NCBI GenBank assembly: GCA_002360535.1
Contig: DEQR01000003.1
Location: forward strand, 4,279 to 68,278
Source of the DNA: Thiobacillus sp. UBA3361
Lineage (GTDB): Bacteria > Pseudomonadota > Gammaproteobacteria > Burkholderiales > Thiobacillaceae
DNA: 64,000 bases
Direction of reading: 5' to 3'
The translations under genes were made by a program, and so were the position numbers. Position 1 is the first letter of the stretch. Every line of letters starts with the position of its first letter. Below are positions 10,380 through 19,198 of this stretch, piece by piece. Under the pieces are notes generated by a model. The model saw only the letters and a list, made by a program, of their open reading frames with translations, was not told the DNA's origin and ran no database searches.

Positions 10380-10610
10380 CCTGCCATTGCGTTCACCGCG
10401 ACTCCGCTCCCGACGATGATTGCCGGGAGGGGGCCAGGCTCCGGAAAAACCCCTCTTTCATGCGGCGTCTTATCGTTTGCTACATCATAGTCTGGGCGGG
10501 TGAATGTGGCGCGGTATCGCCCGAACAACCGGAAATATCCAGCGGCGGCGCGCCGGGAGCGACCGATCCGCACCGGGAGGGCTGGGCGCTGGGGGAATGG
10601 AACCGCCGGC

Positions 10611-12515
10611 CTATGCGGGCAGATCCGTCGTCCACGCCACCAGCCTGTCCCGACCCCCGGCCTTGGCCGCGTACAGGGCCCGGTCGGCGCGCTGGATGAG
10701 GGCCTCCACCTGGGCCATGCCCTTGTCCATCTCCGTCAGGCCGATGCTCATGGTGATGTGGAAACGCTGCCCCGCCTTGCCGAACAACTCCTTGCGCACG
10801 GCCTCCAGGAGGCGTTCTCCGAGCAGCCGGGCCTCGGTCGGGCCGGTGTGTGGACACACCAGACAGAACTCCTCGCCACCGTAGCGGAACACCACGTCGT
10901 TGCGGCGGCAGACCCGTTCGATGACGGCGGCCACCTGGGCGAGCACCTGGTCGCCCACCTCGTGGCCGTAACTGTCGTTCACCTTCTTGAAGTGGTCCAC
11001 GTCCAGCATCATGCAGGTCAGCGGCGTGCCGTTATGGCCGGCGAAGGACCACTCCTGACGGAACCGATCCAGGCCATAGCGCCGGTTGGCCACCTGGGTC
11101 AGGGGGTCGGTGAGGGCCTCCTGCATCAGACGCCGGTTGCTGCGCGCCCATTCGCCGGAACCGCGGATGGTGGATTCCCGCTCGGCGCGCACCGCCCCCT
11201 GCAATGCCACCACCCGCTGGGCGGCGTTCAGGCGGGCCAACAGAGCCGCCTCGCTGAAATCGGTGAGCAGGTAGTCGGAGGCGCCGGCCAGCATCAGCCG
11301 GGCCACTTCCGCCTCCTGATCGGGCGGCACCAGGGCGATGCAGTAGGCCTGACGGCCGTGCTCCGTGGCGCGCAGGTCGCGCAGCAGTTCCACGCCTCGG
11401 CCCGGCTCGCGGGGAATCTCCACCATCATGAGGTCGGTGGGGGTGTCCCGCAGCAGGCGTTGGGCGCCGTCCCGGTCGGCGGCCAGGCTCACCCGCAGGC
11501 CCATGGCGTCCAGGGTATCGGCCAGGGTCCTCAGCAGTTGGGCGCTGTGGGCCACCAGGGCGACGCGCATGGGCAGCACCACCAGGGCGGCCATCTCGCC
11601 TTCCTGCGGCTGCGAACTGAGCAGGGTGCGGATGTCGCTGAATTCCCGCGTCGGCAGGCGCAGCTCACGGCCCCAGTCCTGCCACTCCTTGACCACTTGC
11701 TCCACCAGCGGCGGCAGCTCGTGGGCCTCCAGGCCCAGCTGGGCGGCGGCGTGGTAGAGGGCGGGCACCTGCTCCCAGCGCTGGGCGTGATCCAGGTTGA
11801 GCAGCTGGCCGACGCGGGCGGACAGGTGCAGGGCGGCGGTCAGGGCCTGCACCCGCGAGCCGGCGGGGAACGGCGCCTCCCCCGGCAACTCCTGGTAACG
11901 CACGGCCTGGTGGAAGATCTCCGGCAGGCCCCAGTCCTCCAGCAGATCGGAGGACAGGCCGGCATGATCCACGCCGAAGCGTTCCGTCTCCGCAGCGCGC
12001 AGGGCCGGTTCCGGGAGGCCGCGTTCCAGCAGTTCGCCGTATTCCAGCGGGAAGGCCGTGGCCAGGGCCAGCCGCCCCACCCCGGAGAGCAGGCCGCAGG
12101 TGAAGGTCTCGTCGGGCGGGCACTGGGCCTGGCGAGCGACATGCTGAGCGGTGATGCCGGTGGCCAGAGAGGCGGTCCAGTAGCCGGTGTAGTCGAAGGC
12201 GGCGCAGGCGCCGCTGCGGTAATGGTCGATGAGGGAGAAGCCCAGGGCGATCTGCCGCACCCGGAAGATGCCCAGGAAGACGATGGCGTGGGCCAGCGAG
12301 GCGATGTGCCGCAAGCTGCCGCCGTGCGCCGCGTTGGCGTACTTAAGCACGCGCCCGCTCATGGCCGGGTCGGTCTGCACCAGATGGGTCAGGTTCTGGA
12401 TGCTGACGTCATTGCTCTGGGTGAGCTCCAGCACCGCCAGGGCCACGCCCTTGGGGGAGGGCAGCAGCCCGGAGGCCTTGAGCTCCTCGAAGCGTTGCTT
12501 GGCGTGTTCGATCAT
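10611..12515 (-). CDS. HDOD - receiver-like - GGDEF diguanylate cyclase
   Basis: HDOD-like N-terminus (LPSPKGVALAVLELTQSNDVSIQNLTHLVQTDPAMSGRVLKYANAA), a central REC-like segment, and a C-terminal GGDEF domain with an intact RYGGEEF site. The ATG at 12513-12515 (MIEHAKQRF) is preferred over the longer ORF start. Confidence 0.85.
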   Translation of the reverse strand: MIEHAKQRFEELKASGLLPSPKGVALAVLELTQSNDVSIQNLTHLVQTDPAMSGRVLKYANAAHGGSLRHIASLAHAIVFLGIFRVRQIALGFSLIDHYRSGACAAFDYTGYWTASLATGITAQHVARQAQCPPDETFTCGLLSGVGRLALATAFPLEYGELLERGLPEPALRAAETERFGVDHAGLSSDLLEDWGLPEIFHQAVRYQELPGEAPFPAGSRVQALTAALHLSARVGQLLNLDHAQRWEQVPALYHAAAQLGLEAHELPPLVEQVVKEWQDWGRELRLPTREFSDIRTLLSSQPQEGEMAALVVLPMRVALVAHSAQLLRTLADTLDAMGLRVSLAADRDGAQRLLRDTPTDLMMVEIPREPGRGVELLRDLRATEHGRQAYCIALVPPDQEAEVARLMLAGASDYLLTDFSEAALLARLNAAQRVVALQGAVRAERESTIRGSGEWARSNRRLMQEALTDPLTQVANRRYGLDRFRQEWSFAGHNGTPLTCMMLDVDHFKKVNDSYGHEVGDQVLAQVAAVIERVCRRNDVVFRYGGEEFCLVCPHTGPTEARLLGERLLEAVRKELFGKAGQRFHITMSIGLTEMDKGMAQVEALIQRADRALYAAKAGGRDRLVAWTTDLPA

Positions 12516-12688
12516 GGTGACGGTATCCCGGACCCTTGCGCGGCCATTGTGCCATCCAATACCACCCGCGGTACCCCTCCCGGTTGCTTGATGCCATGCG
12601 CGGGGTGCGCGTGCCGTCACGGACAGCGCGGACCGGGGTGCTATGATCGATCCGGCCCGGCCAACCGTCGCATTTCAGGAGATCGTCC

Positions 12689-13924
12689 ATGCCCGAAAAC
12701 GAACAGCCCTCCGTGGCGCCCCTCACCCCCCCGGAACCGGTACGGGCCGTCGAACCGGAAGCCGCCGCCCGCATGGTGCAGCTGGACCCGCAGGCGATCC
12801 CCGACCTGGATGCCCAAGTGGAAGCCTTCATCAACGACACCCTCACCCTGGACAAGCACGACCGGGCCTTCAGGGAGCGGGTGGAGAGCATCCACCGCAT
12901 GGGCAACGCCGACATGGCCAGGGCGGCCGGCGTCAGCAACCGCATGCTGGAGCGGCCGGTGAAGCTGATGGACGACGGCCTGTTCAGCTCCGGCTCGGCC
13001 ATCGGCAAGGGCCTGGTGGAGTTGCGCCAGCGCATCGACGAACTGAACCCGGCCCGCCAGGGCGACCTGTTCCAGCCGCGCAAGCTGCTGGGCATCATCC
13101 CCTTCGGCAACCGGGTGGAGGACTACTTCGACAAGTACCGCTCGGCCCAGTCCCATCTTAATGGCATCCTGGAAGCCCTGGCCGACGGCAAGGACGAGTT
13201 GCTGCGCGACAACGCCGCCATCGAGCAGGAAAAGACCGACCTGTGGGCCACCATGCAGCGCCTGGAGCAGTTCGTCTATATCGGCCGCAAGCTGGACGAC
13301 AAACTCTCCGGGCGGGTGGCAGAGATTGAGGCAACGGACCCGGAGAAGGCGCGCATCGTCAAGGAAGAGCTGCTGTTCTACACCCGCCAGAAGGTCACCG
13401 ACCTGCTCACCCAGTTGTCGGTGAGCGTGCAGGGTTACCTGGCCCTGGACATGATCCGCAAGAACAACCTGGAACTGATCAAGGGCGTCGATCGCGCCTC
13501 CACCACCACGGTCTCCGCCCTGCGCACGGCGGTAGTGGTGGCCCAGGCCCTGACCAACCAGAAGCTTGTGCTGGAACAGGTCAGCGCCCTGAACACCACC
13601 ACCGGCGACATGATCGCCGCCACCGGCGAGATGCTGAAGACCCAGAGCGTGGCCATCCACGAACAGGCCAGCGGCGCCATGATCGGCATCGACAAGCTGC
13701 AACAGGCCTTCGACAACGTGTTCGCCACCATGGACATGATCTCCGCCTACAAGGTCCAGGCCCTGGACAGCATGAAACAGACCGTCAACGCCCTCACAGA
13801 ACAGGTACACAAGGCACAGAAATACGTGGATCAGGTGCGGGAGGACGAGGCACGACAGGCGGCGCGGAGTGGAACCGAAAAGGCCGGAGTGGTCAGGATT
13901 CGGGAAGGGGACGAAGCGAATTGA
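12689..13924 (+). CDS. TelA-family (toxic anion resistance) protein
   Basis: 411 aa, all-helical, and its sequence resembles TelA/YaaN-type family members as I recall them (e.g. ...SHLNGILEALADGKDELLRDNAAIEQEKTDLWATMQRLEQFVYIG...). Confidence 0.75.
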   Translation: MPENEQPSVAPLTPPEPVRAVEPEAAARMVQLDPQAIPDLDAQVEAFINDTLTLDKHDRAFRERVESIHRMGNADMARAAGVSNRMLERPVKLMDDGLFSSGSAIGKGLVELRQRIDELNPARQGDLFQPRKLLGIIPFGNRVEDYFDKYRSAQSHLNGILEALADGKDELLRDNAAIEQEKTDLWATMQRLEQFVYIGRKLDDKLSGRVAEIEATDPEKARIVKEELLFYTRQKVTDLLTQLSVSVQGYLALDMIRKNNLELIKGVDRASTTTVSALRTAVVVAQALTNQKLVLEQVSALNTTTGDMIAATGEMLKTQSVAIHEQASGAMIGIDKLQQAFDNVFATMDMISAYKVQALDSMKQTVNALTEQVHKAQKYVDQVREDEARQAARSGTEKAGVVRIREGDEAN

Positions 13925-14312
13925 ATCTTTCCGAAGGAAAGGAAATAGTTACATTCCAATTCCTGATTTCGCGTGATTCCGATGAACTTGGGCGAACCGG
14001 GCGACGGGCCGAATATCGCCAGGACGGTTCACACTGTTCGCCCTCCGGAGCATGGAAGTGCTGAAGTCGCCAGGTCGCGCGGCATCCGCTTGCGCCCTGC
14101 ATAAAACAACTCGATGCTGCCGCTGGCGACGCCTGCGTCCTCACATCCTGCGTATGGTGATCGACCAGGCTGTCCAGCACGACCATGATGGCCATGCTCT
14201 CGTCCTCCATGCGCGACAGGACCTCCGCCACGCCCTTAGCGACCCCAGCCAGCCGCTTTGAGCGGCTCACAATCTAATGCCCCCGGCTCTGCCGGGGGAT
14301 ACTTACCAGGTT

Positions 14313-15770
14313 TCAAGTGGGGCCCGAAATGGCCTTCTCCGTATGACGAATGAGTTCCCGCAACTCACGGGAAGTGTCTCGAAGCCGGCCGCTCGCATGG
14401 CCTAGTAACGCCAGCATGGCGTGGTTCGCCTCTACAACCGACGAAATGGCTTCCATGTTGGTTGTGATGCCCTGAGTTGCGCTTGATTGCTGCTTCAATA
14501 AAGCGATTGTGTTGTTCGCGGCGTCAGCAGCCGCACCGCTGGCATCCGTAATACGCGGCAGTATCGTGGTGCTATGGCTGATCTTCGCAAGACTGTTTGC
14601 CATGGCCTTGGTGACATGGTCCATGGCATCGACCGCCTCTTGGGTACGCGCGACGACTGCCGTCACCGTAGTATTGATTTCGGCGGTCCTAGCCGTCGTG
14701 CGGTCGGCCAGATTACGTACTTCATCCGCCACGACAGAAAAGCCACGTCCCTGTTCGCCAGCCCGAGCAGCCTCAATTGAGGCGTTTAATGCAAGCAGAT
14801 TGGTTTGATCGGCAATCTCCTTGATCACCTTGGCGAACCCACCGACGCTCACGACGTCTGCATTCACTGCGGCTATCTTGACCTGCGCCTGCTTCACCGC
14901 CACCGCCACCTGGCTACTGCTGCGATTGCCTTCCTGCAGCGTCACCAATGTTTCCTGTGCCATCTGATCGGTCTCGTGAACCGCCTTCAAGCTGATATCT
15001 GTCCCCACAGCTATCTCGCTGATGGAAACGCTCAGCTCTTCCATCGCGGCCGTGATTTCGCCAAAACGCTCGGATTGCTCTTGAGAGGCGTGGGCAAGAG
15101 CGTTGAATGCCTTGTCCAGTTCCAAGGCTCGGCGCTCCATTTCCTCTGAAGATACAAGTACATCCGCGAACGTGGCACGCAGATGGATGCGCAATGCCTC
15201 CAGTTGGCAAAACAAGGGGGCAAGGCTCTTCCCCTGCCCTTGAAAGCTTGTTGAGAGGTTGCCCTCATCGAGCTGCACGACTGCTTGATGCAAAGCTTTC
15301 AAGGGGTGGAGGATGCGCAGGTCCAGTATCCCTGCCCAAAGTACACAGCCGATGGCCGCTACCCCAGCCAGCCCCCACCCGGCAACTCCCCCCGCCGCTT
15401 GAGCAGCCAGGACCAGAAGGGCGAGGCCCGTGGCATACAGCCAAGATTGCCGGAATATGCCCCCCACGGGTGGTACGAAGCGTGTCGCAGGAAAAGAGGT
15501 TCGCCCTTCTTGCACGTCTCGATATAGCGCTTCGGCCTCAGATACCTGCTGCCTCGATGGGGCAGTACGCACTGATACGTATCCAACCGGATGCCCATTT
15601 TGAGTGACGGGGGTTACGAATGCGTTTACCCAGTAGTAGTCACCGTTCTTCGTGCGGTTCTTCACCAGCCCCCGCCAGGGCTGCCCCGCCCGGATGGTGC
15701 GCCAAAGATCAGCAAAGGCGGAAGCCGGCATGTCGGGATGACGCACGATATTATGTTTCGCACCAATCAA
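14313..15770 (-). CDS. Aer-like PAS-domain methyl-accepting chemotaxis protein (5' end disrupted; see homopolymer)
   Basis: PAS core ([47 protein letters not shown]), a TM hairpin and an MCP signalling domain ([34 protein letters not shown]). The first in-frame start is a TTG inside the PAS domain. The frame stays open upstream (..[26 protein letters not shown]) with no start codon. An ATG with an AAGGGGAG Shine-Dalgarno (SD) sequence at 15931-15933 sits in another frame. Confidence 0.85.
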   Translation of the reverse strand: MIGAKHNIVRHPDMPASAFADLWRTIRAGQPWRGLVKNRTKNGDYYWVNAFVTPVTQNGHPVGYVSVRTAPSRQQVSEAEALYRDVQEGRTSFPATRFVPPVGGIFRQSWLYATGLALLVLAAQAAGGVAGWGLAGVAAIGCVLWAGILDLRILHPLKALHQAVVQLDEGNLSTSFQGQGKSLAPLFCQLEALRIHLRATFADVLVSSEEMERRALELDKAFNALAHASQEQSERFGEITAAMEELSVSISEIAVGTDISLKAVHETDQMAQETLVTLQEGNRSSSQVAVAVKQAQVKIAAVNADVVSVGGFAKVIKEIADQTNLLALNASIEAARAGEQGRGFSVVADEVRNLADRTTARTAEINTTVTAVVARTQEAVDAMDHVTKAMANSLAKISHSTTILPRITDASGAAADAANNTIALLKQQSSATQGITTNMEAISSVVEANHAMLALLGHASGRLRDTSRELRELIRHTEKAISGPT

Positions 15771-15907
15771 CTCTTCGCGGCTGAATCCGCTGATGTTGAC
15801 GAAGGACTCATTGGCGTAGGTAATGACGCCCCTCAGGTCCGTCTTGGTGACTATGGGACGGGTCGGATCAAGTAATTTCTCCTGGGGCGTGTGCGGCCGG
15901 CTGCTAT

Positions 15908-15915
15908 CCCCCCCC
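15908..15915 (-). repeat. G8 (C8 on + strand) homopolymer causing an apparent frameshift at the chemoreceptor 5' end
   Basis: Minus strand reads ATGGATATTTCGATGTTCGGGGGGGGATAG. With 8 G the ATG frame stops after 9 codons. With 7 G it would read [42 protein letters not shown]... straight into the PAS-MCP frame. Confidence 0.8.
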
Positions 15916-16051
15916 GAACATCGAAATATCCATATTTTCTCCCCTTAGGTCATATCGAAACTGTCATGGCTTGCAAGTCGTGCCGCCAGGTGGCATTCAC
16001 GAGAGGTTCCAAGGCTTTGCAGGATGCCCACGATCTGCCTGCTGTCGCCCT

Positions 16052-19018
16052 TCATGACCCCGACCCAACCATGGCCAAGAGCTCGTCCGCCTGCATCGGC
16101 CGCCCATGCAAGTAGCCTTGGGCGATGTCGCAGTTCAAGCCGCGCAGGTATTCCATCTGATTAATGGTTTCCACCCCCTCGGCCACCACCTTCAGGCCCA
16201 GGTTGTGGGCCAGGCCGATGACGGCGGCGGCGATGGTGGCGCTGTCGTGATTGATCTCGATGTCCTGCACGAAGGAACGGTCGATCTTCAGGGCATGCAG
16301 GGGGAAGCGCTTCAGGTAGGCCAGGCTGGAGTAGCCGGTGCCGAAGTCGTCCACCGCCAGACGGAATCCCAACCGGCTGAGTTCGCCAAGCAAGGTGGAG
16401 GCTTCTTCCGGGTTATACATCAGGGTGCTTTCGGTGATCTCCAACTCCAGCTCCTCCGCCGGCAGGTCATGCTCCAGCAGCGTCTTCTGGAACATGTCAA
16501 CTAGGTTGGCCTGGCGGAACTGGCGCGGCGACAGGTTGATCGCCACCTTGGGGTGGGGCACGCCGGCCTGGCGCCAGGCCCTGATCTGACCGCACACATG
16601 GCTCAGCACCCATTCGCCGATGGGCACGATCAGCCCGGTCTCCTCGGCCAGGGGGATGAAATCGCCGGGGGGGATCAAACCCTTCTTCGGATGGCGCCAG
16701 CGCACCAGCGCCTCGGCCGCCACGATGCGCCCCGACTCGAACTCCACCTGGGGCTGATAGTGAACGAGCAGTTCATCCTTGCCGACGGCCTTGCGCAGGT
16801 CGCTCTCCAGGCGCAGGCGGTCCACGGCATCGGCATTCATTTCCGGCGCGTAAAAGCGGAATGTGTTGCGCCCCGCGTCCTTGGCCCGGTACATGGCGGT
16901 GTCCGCGTTCTTGAGCAGGGTGGTGACATCCTTCCCATCCCGGGGATAGACGCTGATGCCGATGCTGGCCGTCACCTGCAGGGCATGTCCATCCGAGGGG
17001 ATGGGCTCGGCGATGGCGCTGATCAGGTTGGGCAGGATCTGGATGATGTCGGAGTCCCGTGAGATGTCCGTCAACACCACCACGAACTCGTCGCCGCCCA
17101 CCCGCGACACCGTGTCCACCATGCGCACCGCGCCGCGCAGCCGCTGCCCCACGGCCGAGATCAGTAGATCGCCCACCGAATGGCCCAGGCTGTCGTTGAT
17201 GTTCTTGAAGCGGTCCACGTCGATGAACAGCACCGCCGCTTGGTGGCCCCCGCGCTGGGCCTGCTTGATGGCCTGGGAGAGGCGGTCCTGGAGCAGGCTG
17301 CGATTGGGCAGCCCGGTCAGGCTATCGTGGGTGGCCAGGTGCAGGAGGTTCTCTTCGGCCTGCTTCTGTTCGGTGACATCGTTTTGCACGCCGACGAAAT
17401 GGGTGATGCCGCCGTCCTCGGCGCGCACCGGCGCCACCAGTAATTCGTTCCAGAACGGCGAGCCATCCTTGCGGTAGTTGCGCACCACCACCCGGGCCTC
17501 CTGTCCCGCCCCGATGGCCTGGCGCAGTTGCCGGGTGCCGGGCTGGTCGTGCTCATCCCCGTGCAGGAAGCGACAGTTGCGGCCCAGGGCCTCGGCCTCT
17601 GTATAGCCGGTGATGCGCTCGAAGGCCGGATTGACATAGACGATGGGATTGTCCGGTTGGCGTGGGTCGGTGATGACGATGCCGTTACCGCTGGCCTCCA
17701 GCGCCCGCTGCGCCAGGCGCAAGGACTCCTCGGCCTGCTTGCGCTGGCTGACGTCCCGGGCCACCGCCACCAGCATGTCCCGTTCTTCTGAACGGAAGCC
17801 ATGCATCACCACCTCCACCGGGAAGGTCTTGCCGTTCTTGCGTCGATGCAGGGTCTCAATCCGGCCCGAACGGGACGGCGTGGCGAGAATCTCGTCGCAG
17901 CGCTGCTTGCAATGGCCCCATGCGTGCTTGGATTGGATGTCCTGGGGGCCCATGCGCAGCAGTTCCTGGCGGGAGTAACCCAGCTGTTTGCAGGCGGACG
18001 CATTCATGTCCACGAAGCGCATCTCGGCGCGGTCGATCAGGTAGATGGCATCGTCCGAGGTATCCAGCGCGGTACGGAAACGGGCCAGACTCTCCTCGGC
18101 CTGCATGTTCTCGGTTTCATCCAGCAACTGCACGATGAGGGCCGGGGCCTGATCGATCAGTGTGGTGGACAGGGTGGCGATCAGGATGCGACCCGTCGGC
18201 TTCCCTTGGGGCCAAAGGACCAGGGAATGGGCGGTTTGCCCCTTGTCCAGCACTTCCCGCGCCACCGGTAGCAAAGCCGTGCCGGGTACCAATTGGCCGA
18301 GTTCGCGACCGGCCAGGGGTTCATGGTCGTCCAGCCCCAGCATCTCCCGCGCCGCCTGGTTGATGGTACGCAACCGCAACCCGACATCCAGCACCAGCAA
18401 GCCGTTGGGCATGGTGCAGATGACCCGGTCGGCGTACTCCTTCATCTCCTGCAGGTTCTTGTGCTCGGCCTGGAAATAGCTGTCCAGGGCCAGCCCCATG
18501 TCGAACAGCACCACCTTGAGCAGGGAATCGAAACAATCCAGGAACTGTTTTGCATCGCCGCCACACTTGTCCCAGATGAGGGGCATCAGCCCGGACAGGT
18601 ACTTGCGGTAGGCGCCGATGTACCACTTGGGTTCCAGGCCGATACGCTGGTGCACGTGGCCCACCCGCAGACGATTGGTCACGTAATCATCGCCATAATC
18701 GCCGGCGGTGAGGCGGCTGAAGTACGCCGATTGGGCCTCGCGCAGTCGCGCCAACGACTGATCGTCGGGCATCAGGCGGCGCATGGGTTCGAAACCGAGG
18801 ATGTGGCTGTAGAACGCTTCGGTGAAGGCGTTCTTGGCTGGCTCTAGCAGCGAGTGCAGGCGGCCCAGGCGCTCGATGTCCGCGGCACCCAGCTCCAGGA
18901 ACGCCTTGCGCTCGACGATGTCCCGCTCGTCGATGTCACAACCGGCATCCCCTGGCGTGTAGGTGGGGGCCGGCTTCGTAGCCCGCGCCGCGGAAATGGA
19001 AACAACCCGGCTGCTCAT
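16052..19018 (-). CDS. globin-coupled sensor - PAS x3 - GGDEF - EAL protein
   Basis: N-terminal protoglobin/globin-sensor domain (ERKAFLELGAADIERLGRLHSLLEP...AFYSHILGF...RLRVGHVHQRIGLEPKWYIGAY). Multiple PAS domains follow, then GGDEF (RVGGDEFVVVL) and EAL (AEALVRW ... DDFGTGYSSLAYLK). The start at 19018 (GGAG 6 nt upstream) is preferred over 19030. Confidence 0.85.
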   Translation of the reverse strand: MSSRVVSISAARATKPAPTYTPGDAGCDIDERDIVERKAFLELGAADIERLGRLHSLLEPAKNAFTEAFYSHILGFEPMRRLMPDDQSLARLREAQSAYFSRLTAGDYGDDYVTNRLRVGHVHQRIGLEPKWYIGAYRKYLSGLMPLIWDKCGGDAKQFLDCFDSLLKVVLFDMGLALDSYFQAEHKNLQEMKEYADRVICTMPNGLLVLDVGLRLRTINQAAREMLGLDDHEPLAGRELGQLVPGTALLPVAREVLDKGQTAHSLVLWPQGKPTGRILIATLSTTLIDQAPALIVQLLDETENMQAEESLARFRTALDTSDDAIYLIDRAEMRFVDMNASACKQLGYSRQELLRMGPQDIQSKHAWGHCKQRCDEILATPSRSGRIETLHRRKNGKTFPVEVVMHGFRSEERDMLVAVARDVSQRKQAEESLRLAQRALEASGNGIVITDPRQPDNPIVYVNPAFERITGYTEAEALGRNCRFLHGDEHDQPGTRQLRQAIGAGQEARVVVRNYRKDGSPFWNELLVAPVRAEDGGITHFVGVQNDVTEQKQAEENLLHLATHDSLTGLPNRSLLQDRLSQAIKQAQRGGHQAAVLFIDVDRFKNINDSLGHSVGDLLISAVGQRLRGAVRMVDTVSRVGGDEFVVVLTDISRDSDIIQILPNLISAIAEPIPSDGHALQVTASIGISVYPRDGKDVTTLLKNADTAMYRAKDAGRNTFRFYAPEMNADAVDRLRLESDLRKAVGKDELLVHYQPQVEFESGRIVAAEALVRWRHPKKGLIPPGDFIPLAEETGLIVPIGEWVLSHVCGQIRAWRQAGVPHPKVAINLSPRQFRQANLVDMFQKTLLEHDLPAEELELEITESTLMYNPEEASTLLGELSRLGFRLAVDDFGTGYSSLAYLKRFPLHALKIDRSFVQDIEINHDSATIAAAVIGLAHNLGLKVVAEGVETINQMEYLRGLNCDIAQGYLHGRPMQADELLAMVGSGS

Positions 19019-19198
19019 ATAACGCTCCATCCATCATCTGGGAGGAAGACGCCAACGGGGGCCGGGTTGGCTGATTACAGTATCGACACTAATGAAGATT
19101 ACTTTAATTTGCACCCAGAAAAATTTATTCGTATCGTTGAACCAACATCCCCCTTCCGACAGAGCTGCCACAAGGCATTCGAATCTGGATGAGCCAAG

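Noticed and set aside
10500-12962. An 820-aa ORF on the plus strand, with many similar long ORFs elsewhere (e.g. 1128-2318 minus, 3141-4478 plus, 39891-41816 upstream part, 58172-60631 plus).
   Set aside because: These lie antisense to, or out of frame with, genes that have strong family signatures. Their translations are low-complexity and rich in G/A/R/P/H/Q, as expected for shadow ORFs in high-G+C DNA. No domain motifs are visible.
13893-14270. A 125-aa minus-strand ORF (GTG start) downstream of the PAS chemoreceptor.
   Set aside because: It begins after the chemoreceptor's terminator-like hairpin and has no SD sequence. It overlaps the TelA-like gene's 3' end, and its C-terminal two-thirds looks like random translation. 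It may be a gene remnant in the low-G+C islet, but I cannot support it as a CDS.
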